Assembly (NCBI GenBank): GCA_039683615.1
Contig: JBDKRA010000029.1
Location: 53,256 to 117,255 of the forward strand
Reading direction: 5' to 3'
Source: Phycisphaerae bacterium
GTDB lineage: Bacteria > Planctomycetota > Phycisphaerae > SM23-33
Length of the DNA stretch: 64,000 nucleotides
The translations under genes were made by a program, and so were the position numbers. Below are positions 48,544 to 60,525 of the stretch, piece by piece. The number at the start of each line of letters is the position of its first letter. Position 1 is the first letter of the stretch. Under the pieces are notes generated by a model. It was not told where the DNA came from, ran no database searches, and saw only the letters and a list, made by a program, of their open reading frames with translations.

Positions 48544-50124
48544 ATGCTGAAAGGATATTCAGTGAAAACTATTGGCATGATCGTAATCCTTGGGACTCTC
48601 TGTGCAACCTCCATCATGGCGGCCGACCCTGCGGCGCCGGGCCAGTTGGGCAATGTCGCACCGTGGAGCCAGAAGGACTTCGTCAACCCGCCGCTGAAAT
48701 GTATGGAGCGGTATCTGCGATTCGACGTGTTTCCGATCGTCGGCTGGTGCTTCCACGGCGACCGGCAGAGGGATCCCAAACGCCGCCAACCGTACGACGA
48801 GTCGTACTGCGAACAGGCCAAGGCCGCCGGGTTCACCGTGCTGGTCGACGACGACCGCATGCTCGAGCCCTGCCGCAAGACGAACATGCGGCTGATCATC
48901 CCGACGTTCCGCGTCACGCCCGACCATCTGGAGGACCGATTCTTCAAGAAGGCTGATGTCGGCGACCACCCGGCCCTGCTGGGCTTCGTGATGGACGACG
49001 ACTGCATGGGCGTGACCGGGCAGGTGATCCGCACGGCCGCATGGCTCAAGGGCACGCACCCGCACCTGGCGGCGTTCGTGTCGAAGTACCCCACGCGCGA
49101 CCCGCAGACCAACACCGAGTGCCGCATCCTGGCGACGATGAACTACCAGTTCATGAAGGGCAAGGGCGGCGCGTGGTCGCGCATTCGCTACTACGCCGAG
49201 ATGGAACACGAGCGGAACGTCTGTAACAAGGGCAACCTGGCCATGTGGCCCATCATCTTCGGCCACACGTACAGCGAGCACCGCTTCAGCATCACCGCGG
49301 GTCTGGCATACGGGGCGCAGGGCTTCATCTACTTCGCCTACCTGCCGCACAAACTGCAGTGGATGATCCCCGAGCGGCTGGACTTCCACAAGAACTCAGG
49401 CGACATCCAGACCTATGCGTGGAAAGTAATCGGCCGCCACCTCTGGGGCACGCGAAGCTTGGGCGTGTACCAGACCGATTATGAAGGCGACACGCACGGC
49501 AGCGCCCTCAAGTGCGGACCCGACCAGGTTGTGCGCGAGATGGACCAGGCGCTGCTGGCGGGCATGCTCGTCGTCGAGAGCCGCATGCCGGCCGCGGGGC
49601 AGAAGGTCACGCCCGACTACATCATGGTCGGCGACAAGCGCGCCGCTCGCAGGGGCGACGATCCGCCGCTGCGCAAGACCTGGATCGCCCTGGGTGGCGA
49701 GATCCCGGTCGTCGAGATCCTCGACCGCGACGCGATGGACCCCAAGGCCCCCCGCAAGTTCTGCCCCGGACGCTACGTCCCCATCGAGCTCAAAGGCGGC
49801 GATGGCGTCCTGCTGCGGGCCAATCCTGCGGACGTTGAAAAGGTCCTGGGCGCCGAGGCTGCCAAGGCCCTGACGGAGTTGGCGGCCGAGTTGAACAAGA
49901 TCTCAGCCGGCGACGCCAAAGCCTGCGACGCCGCCAAGGGCGCCGCCGACAAGCTCAAAGCCGCCCTCGACGCGGCTGTCAAAGACAAAAAGGTTTCCGC
50001 CGCCCAGGCCGACGCCGTGATGAAATGCGTTGCCGCCGCCATTGAAGGCCTGCGAACGCCCCCGCCTCCGCCGCCGGCGCCCCCGGCTGCTGCCCCGGCG
50101 CCGCAGCCCAAAAAGCAGGGATGA
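48544..50124 (+). CDS. Hypothetical secreted protein with Ala/Pro-rich C-terminus
   Basis: Signal peptide IVILGTLCATSIMAADP. ~525 aa. No family recognised. Confidence 0.55.
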   Translation: MLKGYSVKTIGMIVILGTLCATSIMAADPAAPGQLGNVAPWSQKDFVNPPLKCMERYLRFDVFPIVGWCFHGDRQRDPKRRQPYDESYCEQAKAAGFTVLVDDDRMLEPCRKTNMRLIIPTFRVTPDHLEDRFFKKADVGDHPALLGFVMDDDCMGVTGQVIRTAAWLKGTHPHLAAFVSKYPTRDPQTNTECRILATMNYQFMKGKGGAWSRIRYYAEMEHERNVCNKGNLAMWPIIFGHTYSEHRFSITAGLAYGAQGFIYFAYLPHKLQWMIPERLDFHKNSGDIQTYAWKVIGRHLWGTRSLGVYQTDYEGDTHGSALKCGPDQVVREMDQALLAGMLVVESRMPAAGQKVTPDYIMVGDKRAARRGDDPPLRKTWIALGGEIPVVEILDRDAMDPKAPRKFCPGRYVPIELKGGDGVLLRANPADVEKVLGAEAAKALTELAAELNKISAGDAKACDAAKGAADKLKAALDAAVKDKKVSAAQADAVMKCVAAAIEGLRTPPPPPPAPPAAAPAPQPKKQG

Positions 50125-50140
50125 ACACGGATGAAAGAAA

Positions 50141-50198
50141 GTTGTGAGTTGTGAGTTGTGAGTTGTGGATTCTTTCTCACCACGCACAACTCACAACT
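50141..50198. terminator. Strong bidirectional terminator hairpin (GTTGTGAGTTGTG repeats) between convergent genes
   Basis: (GTTGTGA)x3-GTTGTGG / CCACGCACAACTCACAACT stem of ~20 bp with an 11-nt loop. The right arm overlaps the stop codon of the M81 peptidase gene. Confidence 0.55.
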
Positions 50199-51612
50199 GA
50201 AGCGCAGCGTCTTCATCCAGCGGCCAGATCGGGCGCTTCAGGTGCTTGAAGGGCAGGCGGTCGAGGCGCAGGTCGGTGTAGCCGGGGCTCAGGGCCATCA
50301 GGCCCAGCGGGGCGTTGTCGCGGACGTCCGGCCAGAGGTAGCCCTGCTTGACGACGGCGATCTTCTTCTTGAAGACGTCCACGCCCATCTTCTCGAAATA
50401 CCAGACCATGACGAACGGCCAGCGGTCCGACTGCAGCACGACCTCGACGCCGCCGGTGGCCACCAGCGCCCGCGGACCGCCGGCGCCACTGTCGGTCACC
50501 AGGCGAATGATCTTCACGCGCGCGGCCAAAGGCTTGCAGAATGTGGAGTCGAGCTTGCCGCCGATGCTCAGGTCGATCTCGGTGCCTTCGCCGGCAGCGA
50601 AGCAGGCCTGCACCGCCGCAGGGTCGGTGATCCCGCCCACGATGGCGTCTTTGACCCCCAGGGCAATCAGGCGCTGAAGGATGATGGTGCTGTCGCCGCC
50701 GCCGCCGGCCGTCGGATTGTCGCCGCTGTCCGAGATGAACACCGGCGCCTCCGGCGCCGCCAGCGCAGCCGCGATCGTCGCGTCCGCTTCGGCCACCGGC
50801 ATGTCCGGACCGAACTCCTCCCGCCGCGACCAGATCTCCCTCGCCAGCGCCCGGGCCTGGCGTTTCACTGCCGCGGCGTCAGTGCCGCTGACGAGCACGC
50901 TCACGCCGGTGTGCGGGCTATCGGTCCAGGCGCAGCCGATGAGAATCGACGAGGTCAGAATCCCCGGCACGGCGTCGATTTCTTCCAGCCGCGCGTAGAG
51001 CGACTTGGCCGGCTCGACTTCCGTCACCGCCCACTCGCCCGTCAGCAACAGCGGCAGCTTGATCAGTTCCGTCACCGGCCGCACGTTCTGCTCCAGACAC
51101 TGCATCATCAGCTTCAATGCGCGCTGGGAGGTTTCGGCGCAATCGCGATGCGGGGCCGTGCGGTAGGCGGTCAGGAAGTCGCAGGCATGGACGAACTGCG
51201 GCGAGAGGTTGCCGTGCAGGTCCAGCGTGCCGCAGATGAAGACCCTATCGCCGGTGACAGCCCGGATGCGGCGCAGCAACTCGCCTTCGCCGTCGCCGAT
51301 CTCCTCCACTTCCATCGCCCCGTGCAGCCCCATGAACAGCGCGTCCAGCGGCATCGCCGCCGCGATCATCTCCACCATCTCGCCGGCAATGCGGTCGAAG
51401 GCGTCTTTGGTGATGCGCCCCGCCGGACCGGCCGAGGCGTATATCAGCCCCGCCACCTCGTGCCCGGCGGCCGCAAGCTCCTGCCAAAAACCGTCTTTGA
51501 CCAGGCCGCTGCCGCGTGCGATGCCGAAGTCTTCATACCGCGTGGGCATCGTCGAGAAGGTGTTGGTCTCATGCGACCAGCCGGCCGTGGCTATTCGCAT
51601 AACGATCTCCAT
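50191..51612 (-). CDS. M81-family metallopeptidase (MlrC-like, DUF1485/DUF1205)
   Basis: MRIATAGWSHETNTF N-terminus typical of MlrC-like proteins. ~470 aa. Confidence 0.65.
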   Translation of the reverse strand: MEIVMRIATAGWSHETNTFSTMPTRYEDFGIARGSGLVKDGFWQELAAAGHEVAGLIYASAGPAGRITKDAFDRIAGEMVEMIAAAMPLDALFMGLHGAMEVEEIGDGEGELLRRIRAVTGDRVFICGTLDLHGNLSPQFVHACDFLTAYRTAPHRDCAETSQRALKLMMQCLEQNVRPVTELIKLPLLLTGEWAVTEVEPAKSLYARLEEIDAVPGILTSSILIGCAWTDSPHTGVSVLVSGTDAAAVKRQARALAREIWSRREEFGPDMPVAEADATIAAALAAPEAPVFISDSGDNPTAGGGGDSTIILQRLIALGVKDAIVGGITDPAAVQACFAAGEGTEIDLSIGGKLDSTFCKPLAARVKIIRLVTDSGAGGPRALVATGGVEVVLQSDRWPFVMVWYFEKMGVDVFKKKIAVVKQGYLWPDVRDNAPLGLMALSPGYTDLRLDRLPFKHLKRPIWPLDEDAALQL

Positions 51613-51855
51613 GATGTCATCAACAGGTTCATGCTCGTTCCGATCGCGAAGAGCATTCTAGCGTCACCTGCGGCAGAATCAAAAGAGTTCAAAGCGTTTG
51701 GATATCTTCGCACACCAATACGTGAATTCCTGCGACCCTACCTCACTGCTGCGGTGTTAAATGTAACATGGACAGGAACGGACCGACCCGCTGGCGGGAC
51801 TGCTGCCGTTCCTGAGACGCCGGATAAACCTGTTTCGTTATTGGGAAAGATCACC

Positions 51856-52467
51856 ATGCAGAGAAATCGACACGGTTCGCTCATCGTTCTGACTCTTGCC
51901 GCGGCACTGCTCGTGGCCGCCGGCTGCGAGCAGCAGCCTGCCAAGGTTGACGCCGGGGAAGTGAAAGCCCCCGTCGTGAAGACCCCGCCGACCGCCAAGC
52001 CCGCCGCCGTGGCCAAGGGCGGCGCGGCCAGCAGGCCCGCTTCGCAGGCGGCCTTGCCCGAGGCCGTCGAAAAGGCCGTGCGCACGCTCTACGCCAAGGC
52101 GCCCTACCACAAGATCGAGACCGCCCAGTGCGAAGGCGTCGATGTCTATACCGTGCACGTGGCACGGATGGCCACCAAGGTCGTCGTCACGGCAGAGGGC
52201 GACATCCTCATGGTCGGCCGACAGCTCCCCCTCAAGGATCTGCCCAAGACCGTGGCCGAGACGATCACCAAGACCTACGGCGATTCGACCCTGAAGATCA
52301 CCAAGGATGATGTTCGCGCCGAGATCAAGAAGACCGGCGACACCGCCGGCGTCGTGAAGGTCGAGCCCCTTCGTACCTACTATGAAGTGCAGGTGCTCCG
52401 GGCCAACGATGCCAAGAACCACAAAGGCTACATGCGGGTCGACAGCACCGGCTCGATTATGAAGTAG
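51856..52467 (+). CDS. Lipoprotein, possible PepSY-like domain
   Basis: Lipobox LLVAAGC. C-terminal repeated beta-hairpin-like blocks (YTVHVA…, YEVQV…). Family call is tentative. Confidence 0.5.
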   Translation: MQRNRHGSLIVLTLAAALLVAAGCEQQPAKVDAGEVKAPVVKTPPTAKPAAVAKGGAASRPASQAALPEAVEKAVRTLYAKAPYHKIETAQCEGVDVYTVHVARMATKVVVTAEGDILMVGRQLPLKDLPKTVAETITKTYGDSTLKITKDDVRAEIKKTGDTAGVVKVEPLRTYYEVQVLRANDAKNHKGYMRVDSTGSIMK

Positions 52468-52619
52468 AGCCGGCGTTCTGCTGCCAACGTCGAGAATCGA
52501 GGAGGCGTCCTTCCGGATGCCTCCTCGTTTTTTTGCACTGCCCGGCAAAAACTTTTGGCCGTTGGCCCGCGCTCTGCCATAATTGGCCTGGATCGCTTTC
52601 TGTGAAACGGAGACCGCTC

Positions 52620-55600
52620 ATGCGCCGATACAGACTTGCTCTGCTCGCCTTGTTCCTGATGACCGCACCGGCCCTGGCGGCCGACTGGCCCACCTTTCGC
52701 AAGGACATCAGCCGCAGCGGGATCACAGATGAATCGCTCTCGCTGCCGCTGACGCAGGCATGGGTGTTCGTCTCGCCATTCAAGCCCGCGCCGGCCTTTG
52801 GGCCCGGGTACGCCTTGCACACCAACTTCGAGGGCGGCGTTGAGAAGCGCCGCATCGACTTCGACCGCTCCGACAGCACCGTCGCCGTCGGCGATAGCGT
52901 CTTCATGGGCTCGGTGGGCGACGGCAAGGTCTACTGCCTCGAAGCCGGCACCGGCAAGGTGAAGTGGACGTATCTCACCGGCGGGCCGGTGCGGCTGGCC
53001 CCGACCGTCGACGCCGGCAACGTGTACGTCGGCAGCGACGACGGATGGGTCTACTGCCTCTCGGCCGCCGACGGCAAAGAAGTCTGGAAGTTCCGCGCCG
53101 CCCCGGAAGACCGCCGCGTGATCGGACTGGGCAAGATGGTCTCGCTCTGGCCGGTGCGCAGCAGTGTGATGGTGGACTCGGGCATCGCGTACTTCACGGC
53201 CGGCATCTTCCCCAGCGAAGGCGTGTTCATCTACGCCGTCGACGCCAAGAGCGGCAAGCTGATCTGGAAGAACGACAGCACCGGCGAGCAGCGGCTGCTG
53301 CAGGTCTGCCCGCAGGGATACCTGCTGGCCAACAAGAACCAGCTTGTGATCCCCAACAGCCGCCTGTGCCCGTTCGTCTACGACCGCGCGACGGGCAAAG
53401 GCCCGCTGATGCGGCTTTCGATCTACTTCGGCGGCGGCTCGTTCGCGGCGCTGGACGGCGTGTGGCTGTACACCGGCTGGGAAGGCGCGCGTGCGTTCCG
53501 CATCAACACGACCAATCTCAAGAGCGAAGGCGGCAACACCGAGTGCGCCGGCAGCTTCCCCGGCGGACAACTCGTCGCCGGGCAGGGCATGGTGTACTCC
53601 GTCGGCCTGCCGCACGGCGAAGGCGCTTCCAAGGCCGTCAAGGCATACGCGTTTACCCCGCCGCCGGCAGACGGGCCGGCCGTCGATGAGAAAGAAGCCC
53701 GCCGCGGCAAAGGCACCCCCGCCGCCGCTCCGGCCGACAACGGCAAGGAAGTCTGGTCGGCCCCGATGGAAGGCGCCGAGTCGATCATCCTGGCCGGCAA
53801 GACCGTCTTCGTCGGAGCGCCGGGCAAAGTGGCCGCCCTCGACGCCGCAACCGGCAAGGAGACCTGGACCGCCAAGGTCGAAGGCTCGGCCCTGAGCCTG
53901 ACCGTCGCCAACGGCCGCCTGCTCGCCTCGACCGACACGGGCAAGATCTACTGCTTCGCCAGCGGCGTCGCCGCCGGCGGCGAAGTGCGCCCGATCGCTG
54001 ACGCCAATATCAAGATAAGCCAGAGGATGCAGGCCGCGGCCGATGCGGCGATGAAGATGGCTCCGGATATCCGCAAGGGCTTCGCGCTGGTCTACGGCGT
54101 CGAGACCGGGGAGCTTGCCCTGGAGATCGCCCGCAAGACCGACCTGTTCGTGGTGGCCGTCTCGGACGACGCCGCCAAAGTCGCGGCCGCTCGCAAGCTG
54201 ATCGAGTCAGCCGGCCTCTATGGCGGGCGCGTGATCGTGGAGCAGTGGCCCCTCGACCGAGTTCCGTACACGAAGTACTTCGCGGCCCTTGTGGTCTCCG
54301 AAACGGCCGAGTTGACGAGCAAGTGTCCCGGAACGTGGGCGGAGCTGTATCGCATGACGCAGCCGGTGCGCGGAACGATCGTGCTGCCCGAAGGGGCCCG
54401 AGAAGGGCAGAACGCCGCCAAGGCCCCGGCGGGCTGGCAGAAGATAGTCCGCGACCCCCTCAAGGACGCCCGCCCGTGGACGCACCAGTACGCCGTGCCG
54501 GGCAACACCGCCTCGAGCATGGATAAGGAAGTGCGCGGGCCGTTCCGCGTGCAGTGGTTCGGCAATCCCGGTCCGGCGGACTTTGTCGACCGCCATTACT
54601 GGGGCGCCTCGCCGCTGGCCCTGGACGGCCGCATGTTCGTCTGCTCGTACAGCGCGGTGACGGCCTACGACGCGTACACAGGCACGGAGCTGTGGAACTA
54701 TCCGCTCAAGAACGCCACGCGGGCACACATCGCTGACGTGCCGGGCAACGTCGCGGTCGGGCCGGAGGGGTACTTCATCGCCGTAGACGACACCTGCCGC
54801 CGCCTCGACCCTGTCACCGGAAAGCTTCTGGGCGAGTACAAAGTGCCTGGGGCGGCCGAGGGCAAGGGGCACATGTGGGGCTATGTCGCGCTGGTTGACG
54901 GCGTGCTGGTGGGCTCGCGCACGATCGGCAAGCTCGACATGAACAAGTGGAAGTCCTCGCGCGGCGAGCAAGTCGGCTGGTGGCTCTCGAGCGACCTGCT
55001 CTTCGCGATGGACGCCAAGACCGGCCAGGTGCTCTGGCAGCATCAGTCGCCGTGGTTCAGCCACAATTCCATCACGGCAGGCACAGCCGCCGACACCGGC
55101 GCCAAGGCCATGGTCTACATGCTCGATCCCAACGTGCCCGACAACCAGGTCGCGGCCGCCCTGGCAGAGAGCAAGCCTTTCATGGACAAGTTCCCCGGCG
55201 GCGGTAAGAGGGTCGACAAGAAGGGCAAGGCCATCGAGGCCGCAGTTTCCCTGCTGATGGCCTTCGACCTGCGCGAGGGGCTCAAATGGCAGAAGCCTGT
55301 CGACTGCTCGGCCACCGGCGGTGGGCGAGTCACGCTGGTCCTGACCAAGGGCCTGCTGCTGCAGATGTCCGACCAGGGCGGATGGAAGGCCTTCGGCGGC
55401 TATAGCGTCAACGAGGGCACCGGGCGCGGGATGGCCGCACGCAAAGCCGCCAACGGCGAACTGGTCTGGCTCAAGGACCTCTCCTACCGCAGCCGCGCCG
55501 TCATCGCCGGCGATACGATCTTCGCCGAACCCTGGGCGTACGATCTCGCCACCGGCGAGAAGAAGACCATCCCCAACCCGCTGACCGGGCAGACCGTGCC

Positions 55601-56414
55601 CTGGCGATTCGTGCGGCCATACAAGCACTGCGGCCCATTCAACGCCTCAGCCGACACGCTGTTCTTCCGCTGCGAGGGCTACGGCTACTACGACACCACG
55701 CGAGACACCGGCGTGAGCCTCTTCCCCAGCAACCGCCCCAACTGCTGGATGAGCTTCATCGCGGCCGAGGGCCTGGCGCTGTGGCCGGCCGGCGACACCG
55801 GCTGCCGCTGCGGCCTGCCGATCTCGTGCAGCGTGGCGCTGGTGCATGACGACGAAGACCGCGTCTACGGCGACTACTCGTTCTCGGGCGACCTGACGCC
55901 CGTGCGGACGCTGGCGCTGAACATCGCCGGCCCCGGCGATCGCCGCGACAGCAGCGGGCAGCTCTGGCTGGCATTCCCGCGCAACAAGTACGGCGGCGCG
56001 GTCGAACTGCCTTACACTGCCGCCTTCGATGGCAAGGAAACCTACGACCGCCGCAACTCCATCTGGAACGGCGTGAAGGACGGTGCCGCACCGTGGGTCT
56101 ACGCCTCGGCCGCCGTGGGCATCAAGCAGCTCAAGATCCCGCTGCGCAAGGCCGCCGACGGCCCGGGCAAGTACACCGTGAGGCTGCACTTTGCCGCCTG
56201 GCCCGGCGACACGGCCGGCAAGCGAGTCTTCGACATCAAGCTCCAGGACAAGCCCGTCAAGGAAGGCGTCGACCCGGCCGCCGCCGGCCCCGACCATCCG
56301 CTGGTGCTGACCTTCGAGAACATTGAAGTCAAAGAAGACCTGACCATCGACCTGATCGGCAAGACCGCCGACAAACCGCTCCTGTGCGGCCTGGAGGTCA
56401 AGCTGGCACAGTAG
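52620..56414 (+). CDS. Large secreted PQQ-like beta-propeller repeat protein with embedded class-I methyltransferase-like domain
   Basis: Signal peptide LALLALFLMTAPALA. Many PQQ/BamB-type blades (VYCLEAGTGKVKWTY, VYCLSAADGKEVWKF, IYAVDAKSGKLIWKN…). Central segment FALVYGVETGELALEIARKTDLFVVAVSDD…GGRVIVEQ resembles a SAM-MTase fold. Confidence 0.75.
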   Translation: MRRYRLALLALFLMTAPALAADWPTFRKDISRSGITDESLSLPLTQAWVFVSPFKPAPAFGPGYALHTNFEGGVEKRRIDFDRSDSTVAVGDSVFMGSVGDGKVYCLEAGTGKVKWTYLTGGPVRLAPTVDAGNVYVGSDDGWVYCLSAADGKEVWKFRAAPEDRRVIGLGKMVSLWPVRSSVMVDSGIAYFTAGIFPSEGVFIYAVDAKSGKLIWKNDSTGEQRLLQVCPQGYLLANKNQLVIPNSRLCPFVYDRATGKGPLMRLSIYFGGGSFAALDGVWLYTGWEGARAFRINTTNLKSEGGNTECAGSFPGGQLVAGQGMVYSVGLPHGEGASKAVKAYAFTPPPADGPAVDEKEARRGKGTPAAAPADNGKEVWSAPMEGAESIILAGKTVFVGAPGKVAALDAATGKETWTAKVEGSALSLTVANGRLLASTDTGKIYCFASGVAAGGEVRPIADANIKISQRMQAAADAAMKMAPDIRKGFALVYGVETGELALEIARKTDLFVVAVSDDAAKVAAARKLIESAGLYGGRVIVEQWPLDRVPYTKYFAALVVSETAELTSKCPGTWAELYRMTQPVRGTIVLPEGAREGQNAAKAPAGWQKIVRDPLKDARPWTHQYAVPGNTASSMDKEVRGPFRVQWFGNPGPADFVDRHYWGASPLALDGRMFVCSYSAVTAYDAYTGTELWNYPLKNATRAHIADVPGNVAVGPEGYFIAVDDTCRRLDPVTGKLLGEYKVPGAAEGKGHMWGYVALVDGVLVGSRTIGKLDMNKWKSSRGEQVGWWLSSDLLFAMDAKTGQVLWQHQSPWFSHNSITAGTAADTGAKAMVYMLDPNVPDNQVAAALAESKPFMDKFPGGGKRVDKKGKAIEAAVSLLMAFDLREGLKWQKPVDCSATGGGRVTLVLTKGLLLQMSDQGGWKAFGGYSVNEGTGRGMAARKAANGELVWLKDLSYRSRAVIAGDTIFAEPWAYDLATGEKKTIPNPLTGQTVPWRFVRPYKHCGPFNASADTLFFRCEGYGYYDTTRDTGVSLFPSNRPNCWMSFIAAEGLALWPAGDTGCRCGLPISCSVALVHDDEDRVYGDYSFSGDLTPVRTLALNIAGPGDRRDSSGQLWLAFPRNKYGGAVELPYTAAFDGKETYDRRNSIWNGVKDGAAPWVYASAAVGIKQLKIPLRKAADGPGKYTVRLHFAAWPGDTAGKRVFDIKLQDKPVKEGVDPAAAGPDHPLVLTFENIEVKEDLTIDLIGKTADKPLLCGLEVKLAQ

Positions 56415-56469
56415 CAGTAGCATCCCCTGGGGATGAATAGCACCGGCCTGCCGCCATGCTCTTGCGGTC

Positions 56470-56700
56470 TGGCATGGGCTCTCGTTCATCCGGATACCAG
56501 GTCAAGCGACAATTGTCTGTTGTTGCACTTTGTTGTACTTTTCACAGCGGTTTCGCGAGAGGGTGTGGCGTTAGGGAGGGCATTTTGAGATCGCAGTATT
56601 TTTATAACTCATTTCTAGTAAATCATTTCTATTGATACCGTCGTGTTTGACCTTCAACTAATATTACTTGACAAGCTCCTTCGCATTCCAGGCGACGGGG
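56470..56700. other. AT-rich non-coding island between convergent genes
   Basis: ~230 bp at roughly 40% GC with no ORF. Contains direct word repeats (catttctagtaaatcatttctattg). Confidence 0.4.
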
Positions 56701-56729
56701 CGGGGCGGGCCCCGCCGCTGAACAAACCG

Positions 56730-57143
56730 CTACGTATTTTGGGCGCAGACTTCAATAGCGAGTATCGAGACCGCCAAGGCTGCCAGATTCACAAGCACCC
56801 CTATGTGGCATGTGATCTTCTTCTTGCCTGCTGACCGGCATTCTCCAACAACGCCCGTCGCCAGCCCGATGATGGCACATGTGAAGCCCAGGAAGAACAA
56901 TACCTCATACGAGCTGAGGCCAAAATCGCCAATGAACCACAACATGTCACTGGCCGGCTGGTTCCTCTCAATGGCAAGTTCGACAAATCCCCAAGCAAGC
57001 GAGGCCCACGCAAGCGCGCCAATAAACACAGACGCAATTCCACTCTCCGAATGCTGCAGCGACGCTGGATATGATACGCGCACGGCCTCGGCCGACTCAT
57101 CCGACAGCAGCACGCTCAGCGGTTCGCGCACGCGGGTTGGCAT
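56730..57143 (-). CDS. Hypothetical small membrane protein
   Basis: 137-aa ORF with three hydrophobic helices. No homology recognised. Confidence 0.35.
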   Translation of the reverse strand: MPTRVREPLSVLLSDESAEAVRVSYPASLQHSESGIASVFIGALAWASLAWGFVELAIERNQPASDMLWFIGDFGLSSYEVLFFLGFTCAIIGLATGVVGECRSAGKKKITCHIGVLVNLAALAVSILAIEVCAQNT

Positions 57144-57322
57144 GGCCGTCCTCTCTGTTGATCTAATTGTCGCCAGGAGAAGCGATCAATTCAAGCCGCC
57201 TCCAACTCTTTGCCCGGTTTCCGGCCCCCCCTGCGAAGGAATTTGCCATCGGCGGTTGTTTTCGTCTAGAATGGCTCCCTGGCAGTCGCGGGCAGGCGAT
57301 TCCAACATAAGAGAGAGTTGAC

Positions 57323-59491
<2,169 letters not shown>

Positions 59492-59630
59492 CACAAAGAA
59501 GTTCCCGCCAACGGCGGGTAAACTGCGTTCAAAGTTTGGAGTGGTCGCCCCGCCGGGGGGCGACCACTTTTTTTCTGTTCGTTCGCTTGCTTTATTCCTG
59601 CTGCGTCTGTGAGCAGAAGAATAATGCCAT

Positions 59631-59667
59631 TGACTTATTGACATTTAATGACGACCCGTCAATAATT
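59631..59667. promoter_or_regulatory. Candidate operator/promoter upstream of the TetR gene
   Basis: TTGACTTATTGACATTTAATGACGACCCGTCAATA contains the inverted repeat TATTGAC-N15-GTCAATA, just upstream of an AAGAGG RBS. Confidence 0.35.
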
Positions 59668-59673
59668 AAGAGG

Positions 59674-60420
59674 ATGAGCACGGAAGAACGGAAATTGCGG
59701 CAGCGCGATGAGCGGGAGCATCTGATCCTGCGCGTAGGGCGCAAGATGCTCATCGAACGGGGATACCTGGGCCTGAACATGGATCGGATCGCCCAGGAGA
59801 TCGAGTACTCCAAGGGCATTGTCTACCAGCATTTTTCGTCCAAAGAGGACATGCTCTGCGCGATGACCATCGAGATGCTGGGGGACATGCTGGGACTGTT
59901 CCGCCGGGCGGTGGAATTTCGCGGCCGAACGCGAGAACGCATTGCCGCCGTCGCCACGGCAGCTCAACTCCAGTTCCGCCTCAATCCGGACCACCTGCAG
60001 GCGCAGCAGATTTTGTGGATTGCCTCTATCGCCCACAAGGCCTCCAATGAACGGCGGTTGGAACTGGACCGCCTCGACGCTCAGGCCATCGGTCTCTTCG
60101 AGCAGTTGATCGATGCGGCGGTCGCCGACGGCGACTTGACGGTGCCCAAGGGGATCGAGCCCCAGCAACTGGTCTACGGGATGTGGTCCATGATGATCGG
60201 CGCCGAGGTGCTCGGATATGACCCCTCGCACGAAATCGTGTTTGGAAAACTGAACTTCGGCCGCGCCGTCCGCAGGAACCTCCAGACGTTTCTGGACGGC
60301 TTGGGCTGGCAACCGCTGTCGAGCGACTGGGACTACGAAAAAACGGTCCGGCGCGTTCTGCAAACCGTCTTTCACGATGAATGGAGCGACCTCAAGCGAA
60401 AGGGTCTTGAACTGATGTAA
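59674..60420 (+). CDS. TetR/AcrR-family transcriptional regulator
   Basis: N-terminal TetR HTH (GYLGLNMDRIAQEIEYSKGIVYQHFSSKEDM). Start set at MSTEERK with its RBS. Confidence 0.8.
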   Translation: MSTEERKLRQRDEREHLILRVGRKMLIERGYLGLNMDRIAQEIEYSKGIVYQHFSSKEDMLCAMTIEMLGDMLGLFRRAVEFRGRTRERIAAVATAAQLQFRLNPDHLQAQQILWIASIAHKASNERRLELDRLDAQAIGLFEQLIDAAVADGDLTVPKGIEPQQLVYGMWSMMIGAEVLGYDPSHEIVFGKLNFGRAVRRNLQTFLDGLGWQPLSSDWDYEKTVRRVLQTVFHDEWSDLKRKGLELM

Positions 60421-60454
60421 CCTTCCTCCCGCCACACGGGAGGTGATATTTTGC

Positions 60455-60490
60455 CGGTATTTGACGATGTGTCATAATTTGACATATAGA
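60455..60490. promoter_or_regulatory. Candidate TetR operator upstream of the RND efflux operon
   Basis: TGTCA-TAATT-TGACA inverted repeat within TTTGACGATGTGTCATAATTTGACATATAG. Shares the TTTGACAT word with the site upstream of tetR. Confidence 0.35.
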
Positions 60491-60525
60491 AAGGCCGGCG
60501 TGCCTGATACACGGAGTGACTGGGA

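Noticed and set aside
50158-52467. 769-aa plus-strand ORF
   Set aside because: Antisense to the MlrC-like peptidase for most of its length. Only the C-terminal 203 codons (lipoprotein, 51856-52467) are plausible.
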